Shown here piece by piece: positions 47,678 to 57,451 of a stretch of DNA of 64,000 bases (positions are counted from its first letter, which is position 1; each line of letters begins with the position of its first letter). Under the pieces are notes generated by a model. The model had not been told where the DNA came from. It worked only from the letters and a program-made list of their open reading frames with translations, and searched no databases. Made by a program: the position numbers and the translations under genes. The stretch is from Candidatus Woesearchaeota archaeon (GTDB taxonomy: Archaea > Nanobdellota > Nanobdellia > Woesearchaeales > GW2011-AR9): contig JABHQW010000008.1 in the NCBI GenBank assembly GCA_018696595.1, positions 256,001 to 320,000 of the forward strand, read 5' to 3'.

Positions 47678-48184
47678 ATGGCAACTAAAAAACCAAAAAC
47701 AATTCCTTATAGAAGGAAAAGAGAAGGAAAAACTAACTATACCAAAAGGTTAAAGTTATTACTTTCAAAGAAACCAAGATTGGTTGTAAGATTAACAAAT
47801 ACTCAGGTTATTGCTCAGTTAATAGAATTCTCTAGTGAAGGAGACAAAGTTTTAGTTAGTGTTGATTCTTCTACATTAAAGAACATGGGTTGGAATCATT
47901 CTTTTAAGAATCGATCTGCTGCTTATTTGGCTGGTCTTTTATTAGGAAAGAAAGCTGTAGAAAAGAAATTGGAAGGAGCAGTTTTAGACACAGGATTCAA
48001 ATTATTAATGAAGAAAGGCAAGTTAACTGCTTTCCTTAAGGGAGTAATTGATTCAGGATTTACTGTTCCTTACGGAAGTGAAGAAATCTTCCCTGATGAA
48101 GAAACTATTGCAGGTAAACATATTATTAATCAAGAAAAGATTACTGAAGAATTTAATCAAGTTAAAGCAAAGATAATGGGATAA
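47678..48184 (+). CDS. rpl18: 50S ribosomal protein uL18
   Basis: RRKREGKTNY, RLVVR, AAYLAG. Confidence 0.96.
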   Translation: MATKKPKTIPYRRKREGKTNYTKRLKLLLSKKPRLVVRLTNTQVIAQLIEFSSEGDKVLVSVDSSTLKNMGWNHSFKNRSAAYLAGLLLGKKAVEKKLEGAVLDTGFKLLMKKGKLTAFLKGVIDSGFTVPYGSEEIFPDEETIAGKHIINQEKITEEFNQVKAKIMG

Positions 48185-48192
48185 TACTAAAA

Positions 48193-49239
48193 ATGGCTGA
48201 AGAAAAAACAAAATCTGCTGGAAATGCAAGAAATACAGGGAATGCAAGAAATGCTGGAAATGCAAGAAACGCAAGAAATCCTAGGAATTCAAGAAATACA
48301 AAGAATGCACGGTATTCTAGACCCAGAGAAGAACCTCGGCCACTTTCAGAAACTTGGACACCTAAGACTCAATTAGGAATCGAAGTAAAGAAGGGCGAAG
48401 TTACAGATATTGAACAGATTTTTGCTCAAGGAAAAATGATTCTGGAAGCAGAGATTGTTGATATGCTTTTACCAAACCTGGAAGACGAGTTATTATTAGT
48501 TGGACAAGCTAAAGGTAAATTTGGCGGTGGTCAAAGAAGAATTTTTAGACAAACCCAAAAGAAAACTAAAGAAGGAAATAAAATTCACTTTTTAACTTAT
48601 GCAGCTGTTGGAAACAAAAATGGCTATGTTGGCGTTGGAACAGGAAAAAGTAAAGAAACAGTTCCCGCAAGAGACAAATCAAAACGTAAAGCTAAATTAA
48701 ATTTAATGAGAGTTAGAAGAGGATGTGGAAGTTGGGAATGTAATTGTAAACAACCGCATTCAGTTCCATTTGCTAGCAGTGGTAAGTGTGGTTCCGTTGA
48801 AGTTACTTTAATGCCCGCTCCGAAAGGAAAAGGACTTTGTGTAGAAAAAGAATGTGCAAAGATTTTAGAGTTAGCTGGGATCAAAGATGTTTGGAGTAGA
48901 ACATCTGGACAAACTAAAGTTAAAGTTAATCTAATTGCGGCATTAATGGATGCTATTAAGAATTTATCTCAAGTTAAACTTAAACCAGGTGATATTGAAA
49001 AGTTAGGAATTGTTGAAGGTAAAATGAAATCTGACGACGAAGAACTCCCTACTGTTGCTGTTGAAGCGGACTCAGAAACCGAAGTGGCTGAAGAGAAAAC
49101 TGAAGAAGTTGCTGTTGAAGAAGCAAAAGAAGAAGAGAAGGTAGAAGTTAAAGAAGAAAAGACTCCTGATCAAGCTGAACTAACTGAAGCGGAAGCAGAT
49201 TCAGAAGCAAGTGAAGAAGAGAAAGAGGAATCAAGTTAA
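48193..49239 (+). CDS. rps5: 30S ribosomal protein uS5 with N-terminal repeats and acidic tail
   Basis: WTPKTQLG, QTQKKT, RRGCGSWEC, PAPKG. Confidence 0.96.
   Translation: MAEEKTKSAGNARNTGNARNAGNARNARNPRNSRNTKNARYSRPREEPRPLSETWTPKTQLGIEVKKGEVTDIEQIFAQGKMILEAEIVDMLLPNLEDELLLVGQAKGKFGGGQRRIFRQTQKKTKEGNKIHFLTYAAVGNKNGYVGVGTGKSKETVPARDKSKRKAKLNLMRVRRGCGSWECNCKQPHSVPFASSGKCGSVEVTLMPAPKGKGLCVEKECAKILELAGIKDVWSRTSGQTKVKVNLIAALMDAIKNLSQVKLKPGDIEKLGIVEGKMKSDDEELPTVAVEADSETEVAEEKTEEVAVEEAKEEEKVEVKEEKTPDQAELTEAEADSEASEEEKEESS
48217..48312 (+). repeat. In-frame 9/18-bp tandem repeats (GNARN/ARN) in uS5
   Basis: GCAAGAAAT-type units: GGAAATGCAAGAAATACA GGGAATGCAAGAAATGCT GGAAATGCAAGAAAC... Confidence 0.85.
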
Positions 49240-49240
49240 A

Positions 49241-49765
49241 ATGACTCAAGAAGAAAAAGTTCAAACAACTGAACCTAAGACTGAAGTTAAAACTGAAGTT
49301 AAGAAAGAAGCTAGTGTTAAGGAGACTCCTAAAAATACTAGTGGAAAGATAGCAATAGTTTTAGTTCGTGGAATTGTTGGATTACCTCAACCAGTTAAAG
49401 ACACATTATTTTTACTTAATATAAACAGAAAAAATCATTGCGTTGTTGTTAAAAACAGTCCCGTTAATTTGGGTATGATCAAGAAAGTAAAAGATTATGT
49501 TACTTGGGGAGAAATCTCTGATGATGTATATAATCAGTTAGTTGAGAAACGTGGAGAAGAATACGAAGGAAGATTATCTGATAGCAAAAAGAAGTATAAT
49601 TATAAAACGTTAGACATCAATGGTAAAAAATATAAAAGATATTTCAGATTAAATCCGCCAAGAAAAGGTTTCGGCCGAAAAGGTATAAAGATTGCTTTCA
49701 AAGTTGGTGGAGGATTAGGAGATAGAAAGGAAAAGATGAATGATCTGATCCTAAGAATGTTATAA
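49241..49765 (+). CDS. rpl30: 50S ribosomal protein uL30 with N-terminal extension
   Basis: IAIVLVRG, GMIKKVKDYVTWGE, FRLNPPRKG; start at 49241. Confidence 0.95.
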   Translation: MTQEEKVQTTEPKTEVKTEVKKEASVKETPKNTSGKIAIVLVRGIVGLPQPVKDTLFLLNINRKNHCVVVKNSPVNLGMIKKVKDYVTWGEISDDVYNQLVEKRGEEYEGRLSDSKKKYNYKTLDINGKKYKRYFRLNPPRKGFGRKGIKIAFKVGGGLGDRKEKMNDLILRML

Positions 49766-49785
49766 TTATTTAAGGAAATAAAAAA

Positions 49786-50271
49786 ATGGTAACTAATAAA
49801 GCAAAAAAAGTAACTAAGTACAGAAGTCATACTACTCATGGCGGCGGTCATCGTAAGAAAAGACGTGGCGCTGGTTCCCGAGGAGGAAGAGGAAATGCAG
49901 GTACTGGTAAAAGAGCAGGACAGAAGAAAGCAGGTATCTCTCGAAAGTTAGGGAAACATGGATTTACTAGTAAAAGTAGAACTAGAGTAAGATCTATTAA
50001 TGTTAACTATTTTACTGAAAAAGTTATGGAAAAGTTGGTTGCTAATAACAAAGTTAAAAAAGAGGGAGAACTTTACATTATTAATCTGGCCGATTTAGGT
50101 TATCAGAAACTACTTGGAACGGGTCAAACTAAATTTAAACTTAAGTTATCTGTTGCTAAGTTCACCGCAAAGGCAGAAGAAAAAATCAAATCTGCAGGTG
50201 GAGAAATAGTTTTTGGTACCGTTGAAGAAACTAAAAAAGCAATTAAAGAAGAAAACAAAACTCAATCTTAA
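49786..50271 (+). CDS. rpl15: 50S ribosomal protein uL15
   Basis: THGGG, RGAGSRGGRGNAG, KLLGTG. Confidence 0.96.
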   Translation: MVTNKAKKVTKYRSHTTHGGGHRKKRRGAGSRGGRGNAGTGKRAGQKKAGISRKLGKHGFTSKSRTRVRSINVNYFTEKVMEKLVANNKVKKEGELYIINLADLGYQKLLGTGQTKFKLKLSVAKFTAKAEEKIKSAGGEIVFGTVEETKKAIKEENKTQS

Positions 50272-50273
50272 AA

Positions 50274-51698
50274 ATGTCTATCTTAGATACAATTAGTAGG
50301 TACTTACCAGAGGTAAGAGGACCGAAACAAAAAAGATTACCATTTAAAGAGAAACTAAAATGGACTTTGGTTGTTCTGGTTATTTTTTATGTGATGGGAA
50401 TGATTCCATTATTTGGGTTAGGTAAAAACGCTTTATCTCAATTTGAATTTTTATCAATTATTTTAGGTGCATCTTTTGGAAGTATTATTTCTTTAGGAAT
50501 TGGTCCGATTGTTACTGCATCTATTGTATTACAATTATTGTCGGGAACGGGAATATTAAACATGGACATGACTACTACTGAAGGTAGGCAAAGGTTCCAA
50601 GGGTTACAAAAGATTTTGGCAATCTTCTTTATTGTTTTTGAAGCAATAATTTATGTCGCTATGGGTGGTTTAGCTCCTAGTGATGCTTTCATGGGGACAC
50701 CAATATTTTTTCAGTTAGAAATGTTGTTAATGTTCCAGTTAATTCTAGGTGGAATTGTAATTATGTTTTTGGACGAAGTTATTAGTAAATGGGGTTTTGG
50801 TTCTGGTATTTCGTTATTTATTGCGGGTGGAGTAGCTCAGCAAATTTTAATTAGGTTACTTAGTCCTTTCACTGCTAGTGGAATTCAAGGAGGAGCAGTT
50901 GGATTGGGATACCCTTTTGGGATAGAACCAGCTTCTGGAAAGATCTGGGAAATATTTTATGCTTTAAGTCAGAATGATTTACAATTGTTTGGATTGGCAT
51001 TCGCTTCTATATTAGCTACGGTGATTGTATTCTTAATTTGCGTTTATGGGCAAGCAATGAAAGTTGAGATCCCGTTATCTTTTGGAAAAGTACGTGGTTA
51101 CGGAATGAGATGGCCATTAAATTTCTTTTATACATCTAACATTCCGGTTATTTTAGTTGCTGCACTGATGGCAAACATACAATTAGTAGCTAGTTTACTG
51201 GAGAAGTGGGGTCATCCTTGGTTTGGAACTTTTTCTGGAAACACGCCAGTTAGTGGTTTAGTTTATTGGGTACATTCTCCTGACATTTTACAGAATGTTA
51301 TTAAAGGAAGTTTTGTTTGGAGTATGTTGGGACAAGCAGCAATTTATATTATCATTTTTATTTTAGGTTCAGTGTTGTTTTCTGTATTTTGGATGCAGAC
51401 TGCTAACATGGATGCTAAGAGTCAAGCTAAACAGATATTATCTTCTGGTTTACAGATCCCTGGTTTTAGAAGGGATGAACGGGTTTTGGAAAGGATTCTG
51501 AAAAGGTACATTTGGCCATTAACTATTGTCGGTGGAGCAGCTATTGGATTATTAGCAGCACTTGCTGATTTGACTGGTGCATTATCGCGAGGAACTGGTA
51601 TTTTATTAGCTGTTATGATTGTCTATAAGTTGTATGAAGAAATTGCTAAGCAACATATGATGGACATGCATCCTGCTATGAGAAAGTTCATGGAGTGA
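50274..51698 (+). CDS. secY: Preprotein translocase subunit SecY
   Basis: LGIGPIVTASIVLQLL, GFGSGISLFI, YTSNIPVIL, QIPGFR, GTGILL. Confidence 0.97.
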   Translation: MSILDTISRYLPEVRGPKQKRLPFKEKLKWTLVVLVIFYVMGMIPLFGLGKNALSQFEFLSIILGASFGSIISLGIGPIVTASIVLQLLSGTGILNMDMTTTEGRQRFQGLQKILAIFFIVFEAIIYVAMGGLAPSDAFMGTPIFFQLEMLLMFQLILGGIVIMFLDEVISKWGFGSGISLFIAGGVAQQILIRLLSPFTASGIQGGAVGLGYPFGIEPASGKIWEIFYALSQNDLQLFGLAFASILATVIVFLICVYGQAMKVEIPLSFGKVRGYGMRWPLNFFYTSNIPVILVAALMANIQLVASLLEKWGHPWFGTFSGNTPVSGLVYWVHSPDILQNVIKGSFVWSMLGQAAIYIIIFILGSVLFSVFWMQTANMDAKSQAKQILSSGLQIPGFRRDERVLERILKRYIWPLTIVGGAAIGLLAALADLTGALSRGTGILLAVMIVYKLYEEIAKQHMMDMHPAMRKFME

Positions 51699-51767
51699 GG
51701 TTTAATTCTATTAGAAACGCAGCAAATCCATAACCTTTATATATAATCCTTTAATAAAAACTATAAA

Positions 51768-52568
51768 ATGGCTTTTGAAAATGTATTAGATCCGGTGTTT
51801 AATCCGATACTACAACCTTTACTAAATAAGAGTCCGTTCTTGGCAATCTTAATCTTGGCTGTAGTAATTTCTGTAGTAATTGTTATTGTTTACAAATTAA
51901 TGACCGATCAAGTCAAAATGAAAGAAATGAAAGATCAGCAGAAAGAATCTCAAAAGAAGATGAAAGAACTTAAAGATAATCCTGCTGAGATGATGAAAGT
52001 TCAGAAAGAAGCAATGAAAATGAACATGGAATATATGAAAAAGTCTTTCAAACCAACATTAGTTACTATGATCCCTATCTTATTAATCTTTGGCTGGATG
52101 GCTGGTCACTTTAGTTATGATCCTATTCTTCCTGGTGAAACTTTTAATATTACCGCAGATTTCTTGGAAGGTATCAAGGGAGAAGCCGAACTTATCCCGG
52201 ATGCTGGGATGGAACTGATTAGTGAAGCCAAACAAGAAGTATCTGGGGCTAAAGTGAATTGGAAACTGAAAAGCACGGCCGGAGAGCATGCCATTAAAGT
52301 TAAAGTCGGTGATTCGATCGAAGAAAAAGAAATTTTAATTACAACAGAAGTTAAGGTTGCTCCCATATCTAAAGCGTATGAACATTCAGACATTAAATCT
52401 ATTACAATTAATTACGATCAGTTAAAACCATTAAATCATTTATTTAGTGATGGTGAAAAACAAGCTAGTTTGTCTATCTTTGGCTGGCAACCTGGTTGGT
52501 TAGCTCTTTACATCATATTTTCATTGATCTTTAGTATGGGATTAAGAAAATTATTAAAGATTTACTGA
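51768..52568 (+). CDS. EMC3/TMCO1 (DUF106, Oxa1 superfamily) membrane protein
   Basis: TM-coiled coil-TM architecture, SFKPTLVTMIP, WLALYII.S; canonical position after secY. Confidence 0.88.
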   Translation: MAFENVLDPVFNPILQPLLNKSPFLAILILAVVISVVIVIVYKLMTDQVKMKEMKDQQKESQKKMKELKDNPAEMMKVQKEAMKMNMEYMKKSFKPTLVTMIPILLIFGWMAGHFSYDPILPGETFNITADFLEGIKGEAELIPDAGMELISEAKQEVSGAKVNWKLKSTAGEHAIKVKVGDSIEEKEILITTEVKVAPISKAYEHSDIKSITINYDQLKPLNHLFSDGEKQASLSIFGWQPGWLALYIIFSLIFSMGLRKLLKIY

Positions 52569-52618
52569 TTTATTTTTTTAAATATTTAATTTAATATTTA
52601 ACTTAAGGGAGGGGAAAA

Positions 52619-53755
52619 ATGACACATTTTGAGAAGAAAGAAGAAAGTGATTCAACAAGTCACGAAAATAAAAATCATCATGAACACAGTAAACACCATG
52701 AACATCATGAACCTAAAACGGAAGTTTATCACGATCATAAACACAAATCCGAGGTTCATAAACCACATGGCGAGAAAAAGAAAAAAAGTATGAAAGTTAA
52801 TTTATGGAAAGTTTTTACGGGAGTATTAGCAATATTATTATTAGTTTCGTTATACTTTAATTTTAGTGGAACTGCTTTTTCTTCAGAAGAAACAGTTGCA
52901 ACTGAAACTCTTGGATTTGTTAATAGTGTACTATTACAAGGACAATCAGCAGCAAAGTTGCTAACTATTGAAGAAAAGTCCGGTTTGTATAACATGAAAT
53001 TAAGCCTTTCTGGACAAGAGATTGACAGTTACGTTACTAAAGATGGAGAAATATTCTTCCCACAAGGTTTAATGACTAATGAGGAAGTTGAAACTTCTGA
53101 TGCTTCTGCTCAGGCAGCCGCAACTGTTGATGTTCCTAAAACTGATAAGCCAGTAGTCGATTTATTTGTAATGTCACATTGTCCTTACGGAACTCAAGCA
53201 GAGAAAGGAATCTTACCAATCGTAAATTTATTGGGAGATAAAGTTGACTTTGAGTTGAAGTTTGTTAATTATGCAATGCATGGTAAGAAAGAACTTGACG
53301 AACAGCTTAACCAATATTGTATCCAGAAAGAACAAAATGATAAGTTTAATGCTTATTTGGAATGTTTCTTAGGTGCTGGAGATGGTGAAAGTTGTTTAAC
53401 TTCTACTGAAGTTGATGTGGCTAAAATGAAATCTTGCGTTGATAAGGCTGATAAAGAATTTAAGATCTCTGAACTTTTTGCTGATCAAACATCTTGGCAA
53501 GGGGGAAAGTTTCCTCAGTTTAACACCCACGATCAAGAAAATGAGTTGTATGGCGTTCAAGGAAGTCCAACTTTGATTATTAATGGTGTTAAGGTTTCTT
53601 CCGCTAGGAGTCCAGCTGCTTATTTAGACACCGTTTGTGGTGCTTTCTCAGAGCAGCCTGTTGAGTGTACTGAATCAACTGGGGTAAGCACAGAAACTTA
53701 CCAACCTGGATTTGGTTACGAAGCAGGAACAGCTACAGCAGCAAGTTGTGGTTAG
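52619..53755 (+). CDS. Membrane-anchored thioredoxin-fold (DsbA-like) protein with His-rich N-terminus
   Basis: FVMSHCPYG, YGVQGSPTLIING, single TM after His-rich segment. Confidence 0.8.
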   Translation: MTHFEKKEESDSTSHENKNHHEHSKHHEHHEPKTEVYHDHKHKSEVHKPHGEKKKKSMKVNLWKVFTGVLAILLLVSLYFNFSGTAFSSEETVATETLGFVNSVLLQGQSAAKLLTIEEKSGLYNMKLSLSGQEIDSYVTKDGEIFFPQGLMTNEEVETSDASAQAAATVDVPKTDKPVVDLFVMSHCPYGTQAEKGILPIVNLLGDKVDFELKFVNYAMHGKKELDEQLNQYCIQKEQNDKFNAYLECFLGAGDGESCLTSTEVDVAKMKSCVDKADKEFKISELFADQTSWQGGKFPQFNTHDQENELYGVQGSPTLIINGVKVSSARSPAAYLDTVCGAFSEQPVECTESTGVSTETYQPGFGYEAGTATAASCG

Positions 53756-53905
53756 TTTTTTATTTTTTCTTTCTTTTTTCTTAGTAAACTTTATAAACCA
53801 CATTCTTTCTGGGTATAATAAGTCCCAAGTGGACGATTCGGAGGCGACTCGAGTCATATATTGATTCTAATTAGCTTCTTAAAATAACATAAAGGTGAAA
53901 TAAAC

Positions 53906-54181
53906 ATGCCAAGAGGAATGCATAAATCGAGAACATTAAGACAAGTATTCGTTAAAACTCCCGGTGGAAAGACTGTAAAACATTTCAGAAGAAGAAAACC
54001 ATCTAAGACAATTTGCGGATCTTGTAAAAAAGAATTAAAGGGAGTACCTAAAGATATCCCTTCAAAAGTGAGAGCAATACCAAAATCTGCAAGACGACCA
54101 GAGCGACCTTATGGTGGCGTATTTTGTTCAGCTTGTACTAGAAAGTTATTACAACAAAAGGCTAGGGAGGGAGAAAAATGA
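53906..54181 (+). CDS. rpl34e: 50S ribosomal protein eL34
   Basis: VKTPGG, CGSC, RPERPYGG..CSAC. Confidence 0.96.
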   Translation: MPRGMHKSRTLRQVFVKTPGGKTVKHFRRRKPSKTICGSCKKELKGVPKDIPSKVRAIPKSARRPERPYGGVFCSACTRKLLQQKAREGEK

Positions 54182-54609
54182 GTTTATTCCAAGTAGGACG
54201 ATTAGCAGTGAAAATCGCAGGCCGTGACGCAGGAAGAAAGTGCGTAATTGTTGAACTAATTGATCAGAATTTTGCAGTTATTGATGGTGATGTAAGAAGG
54301 AAAAAAGTTAACCTTAGACATTTAGAACCGTTAACACAAACTGTTGATCTTAAAGACAAAGCTTCTCATGATGAAGTTAAGAAAGCTTTTGAAAAGTTGG
54401 AATTACCGGTTTGGGAAAAGAAAAGTAAAACTCCAGCCCCAAGAGTAAAGAAGACTAAAAAAGTTAAGGCAAAACCCGCTACAGAGAAAAAGGTTAAGAA
54501 AGAAACTAAGAAAGAAGAGAAAACTGTAGAAAAGAAGGAAGTGCCTAAGACCGAAGAGAAGCCTGTTGAGAAGCCAGTAGAAGAAAAAGCTGCAGAGAAG
54601 AAAGAGTAA
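54178..54609 (+). CDS. rpl14e: 50S ribosomal protein eL14 with K/E-rich tail
   Basis: VGRLAVKIAGRDAGRKCVIV, NLRHLEP. Confidence 0.95.
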   Translation: MSLFQVGRLAVKIAGRDAGRKCVIVELIDQNFAVIDGDVRRKKVNLRHLEPLTQTVDLKDKASHDEVKKAFEKLELPVWEKKSKTPAPRVKKTKKVKAKPATEKKVKKETKKEEKTVEKKEVPKTEEKPVEKPVEEKAAEKKE

Positions 54610-54627
54610 TTTCTTTTATTTATTTTT

Positions 54628-56283
54628 TTATTTTTTATTTTCTTTTAAAACTTCAAACAATTTCTCAAGATCCAATTCCATTCCAACAACTGGAACAACT
54701 AATTCCCAATTGTTAAGAACTTTTGGAGACAATTCTCCGATAAAGCCAACAATAATATCTTTAATAATAATTTCACCAACCCTACCCAATATAAAACTAG
54801 GATGCGAAGTTTCTTTTACAGAAAATTCTAATCCTAAAGAACCCATTAAAGCAGCTAAGATTTGCCTAACCTCAGTAAAGTCAGTTTTCTCATGACAAAT
54901 AGTAATCCCTAAGTGCTCAGTTTCAACAACTTTCGTTTCAGTATCTCCTGAAACAAAAGTTCTTCCAATCTCAAAAATGTTTTGTGGATATTCGTGATGC
55001 TGATTATCTTTTAAATTTAATAATAAGCTTGGTAAAATCCAATTTCTGAGATGGTTATGTTCACCTAATGCATTCTTTAAAGGAATAATCTCATTTTCTA
55101 AAAGCATTTTCTCATTAAGGTTTTCTTTAGTAATCAAATGATAATTCTTAACTTCTAATAATTTTAATCCTACTAAGATCTCTCTAATTTTTTTAGAAAA
55201 CTTTTCCAAAGGATCTTCTTCTGCTACAGTTGCAACGTTGGGAATTGTTTCTTCAAAGTTTTCATAACCATAAGCAATAGCAATATCTTCAGCTAGGTCT
55301 ACTTGGTGTAAAATGTCTGAACGATAAGCTGGAATCATCACAATTCCATTTTCATAACCGTAACCCATTTTTTCAAGTTGGGTTTTAGCTTCTTCCTCAG
55401 AAAGATTCAACCCTAACCACTTGTTGATATATCTTAAATCTAATTTCATCTTTTCTGGAGTTAAATCTGGACTTGTTTTTTTACTGTCTGGGTAATCTAA
55501 TTCTAATGAATAAATTTCACCACCCATCTCTGCAAAAGCAGTAACGACCATATTCAAACATTTACTTAACACTTCATAATCAAATCCAGAACATTCAATA
55601 AAAACTTCTTTAGTTTCTTCAGTAATCTTTCCTAGATTATCTGAATTAATAATTGGGGGCATACTTAGAACCTGATTATTATTATCTACAAAAATTGGGA
55701 ACTTATCTTGTCCTTCTAACAAATGGCCAAATTCTCTTCCAGTTTTATGTTGAGATAATATTTGCAAACCAGTCATTTCTTTATTTGCTTCTAAAGGTTG
55801 AAACTTAATCTTATTTGGGTCTTCTGCTTTGTAGGTTATTGGGAAACCAATCTTTTCCATTGGATACACACCAAGGGCCATCTTCTTTCTATTTCTGCCA
55901 TAAGTGATATGTAACTTTTCTTGGATCTGAATTATTTCTTTTATTTTCTCATCATCAAAATTAATATTCTTTATAATTGCACAAGCAGTATAGGGACGAA
56001 CTACTTTGACAGATTCCTCAACAATTACTTTTTGTCCTGAGCTTTTAATGTCATAATATTTTAATCCGACTTTTTCTCCAATGAAACTAGAGAATGCTCT
56101 AGCGAACCCTTGAACTGATAATAGGTCCGGCCGGTTAGGAAATATTTCTACAGTAATTTCATTACCTTCAATAGATTCTAAATCCGTTCCTAACATACTA
56201 ATTCTATCTTTAAGTTCTTCTAGTGGGAGTTCTTTTCCTACTAGTTGTTCAAATACTTTCTTGTTTAGTGTTATAGTTGGCAT
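54628..56283 (-). CDS. pheT: Phenylalanine--tRNA ligase beta subunit
   Basis: PNRPDLLS, QEKLH, SMPPIINS, RSDILHQVDLAEDIAIAYGY. Confidence 0.96.
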   Translation of the reverse strand: MPTITLNKKVFEQLVGKELPLEELKDRISMLGTDLESIEGNEITVEIFPNRPDLLSVQGFARAFSSFIGEKVGLKYYDIKSSGQKVIVEESVKVVRPYTACAIIKNINFDDEKIKEIIQIQEKLHITYGRNRKKMALGVYPMEKIGFPITYKAEDPNKIKFQPLEANKEMTGLQILSQHKTGREFGHLLEGQDKFPIFVDNNNQVLSMPPIINSDNLGKITEETKEVFIECSGFDYEVLSKCLNMVVTAFAEMGGEIYSLELDYPDSKKTSPDLTPEKMKLDLRYINKWLGLNLSEEEAKTQLEKMGYGYENGIVMIPAYRSDILHQVDLAEDIAIAYGYENFEETIPNVATVAEEDPLEKFSKKIREILVGLKLLEVKNYHLITKENLNEKMLLENEIIPLKNALGEHNHLRNWILPSLLLNLKDNQHHEYPQNIFEIGRTFVSGDTETKVVETEHLGITICHEKTDFTEVRQILAALMGSLGLEFSVKETSHPSFILGRVGEIIIKDIIVGFIGELSPKVLNNWELVVPVVGMELDLEKLFEVLKENKK

Positions 56284-56312
56284 TTTGTTTTTCTCTGTTC
56301 TTGGTGATTATT

Positions 56313-57059
56313 TTAAACTAATGTTGGTACATCGATAAATTCTACTTCAACATTAAACTTTTCTTTTAACAAAGGCATTAAAGCTTTAACTCCAAACACT
56401 TCTGTTTCATAATGTCCACCAAAGATTACATTAATTTTATTTTCTTTAGCTAAGTGATGTAAATATTGTGAAGATTCTCCAGTAATATAAAGATCTACAC
56501 CTTTTTGAATTGCTTCAAATGTATTTTCTGCTGCTCCTCCAGAAATGATGGCAACAGTTTTTATTTCTTTTTTTCCAAAATCTAGACTTCTTGTTTTCAT
56601 TCCATTTTCTTCTAATGCTTTTTTAACATCTTCTAATGTTCCAGAAAATTCTCCTTGATATCCAATTGTTTGGTTGTGATGTTCTCCAAATGGTTTAATT
56701 TTTTTTAACTTTAGAATATTTACAATTTGAATGTTGTTGCCATGGATTGGATGTGCATCTAATGGTAAATGTGCACAATAAACAGCAATATTATTTTCAA
56801 TTAAGAACTTAACTCTTTCATAATGGTGTCCATTAATATGTGTTAATCCTTTATACATCATTCCGTGATGTGTGATTAACATTTGACAGCCAGCTTCTTT
56901 AGCTTTTTCAAATGTTTCTAGGCTTGCATCTACTGAAAAACCAATCTTTTTGATTTCTTCTGTATTTTCTACTTGTAAACCATTATTGGCATAATCCTCA
57001 AAGTCTTTGGTCTTCAATTCTTCGTTTAAAAATCCGCTTATTTCTTTTGCATTTACCAT
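56313..57059 (-). CDS. NIF3 family dinuclear metal protein
   Basis: NGLQV, ITHHG, HLPLDAH, ITGE, GHYETE. Confidence 0.93.
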   Translation of the reverse strand: MVNAKEISGFLNEELKTKDFEDYANNGLQVENTEEIKKIGFSVDASLETFEKAKEAGCQMLITHHGMMYKGLTHINGHHYERVKFLIENNIAVYCAHLPLDAHPIHGNNIQIVNILKLKKIKPFGEHHNQTIGYQGEFSGTLEDVKKALEENGMKTRSLDFGKKEIKTVAIISGGAAENTFEAIQKGVDLYITGESSQYLHHLAKENKINVIFGGHYETEVFGVKALMPLLKEKFNVEVEFIDVPTLV

Positions 57060-57061
57060 TT

Positions 57062-57451
57062 TTATTCTATTACCAACTCCTTAAAATTTGTTTCTTCATC
57101 AAGTTTACGACAGAATCTTAATGATTCCTCTTCGCCAATGATTAATTCTGCAGTTGTGTAAATTACGCATCCTTCTTTAAGATGTCCCCCAATAACATTT
57201 CCTTCTTTATCAGATAAAGAAATATGTAGGTGTAAACCATCTTGTGATAAAGTCCCCACTAATGAAACAATTTCAAACTTTTCATTGTACTCTTTTATAA
57301 CTTCTTCATCTGCTAATCTTAACTTTGCTTTCTTTAAACTTCCAACACAGCTGACAATAAAACCCGCAGAAATGTTTTTTTCTTTAGTGAGTAGATTTAA
57401 TTCTTTCTTTAGATCCATTTCTGGTTTTAATCTTAATGCATAACTTTTCAT
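57062..57451 (-). CDS. PPC/DUF296 domain protein
   Basis: LRLKP, VGSL, FEIVSLVGT, HLHISLSD, GGHL. Confidence 0.9.
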   Translation of the reverse strand: MKSYALRLKPEMDLKKELNLLTKEKNISAGFIVSCVGSLKKAKLRLADEEVIKEYNEKFEIVSLVGTLSQDGLHLHISLSDKEGNVIGGHLKEGCVIYTTAELIIGEEESLRFCRKLDEETNFKELVIE

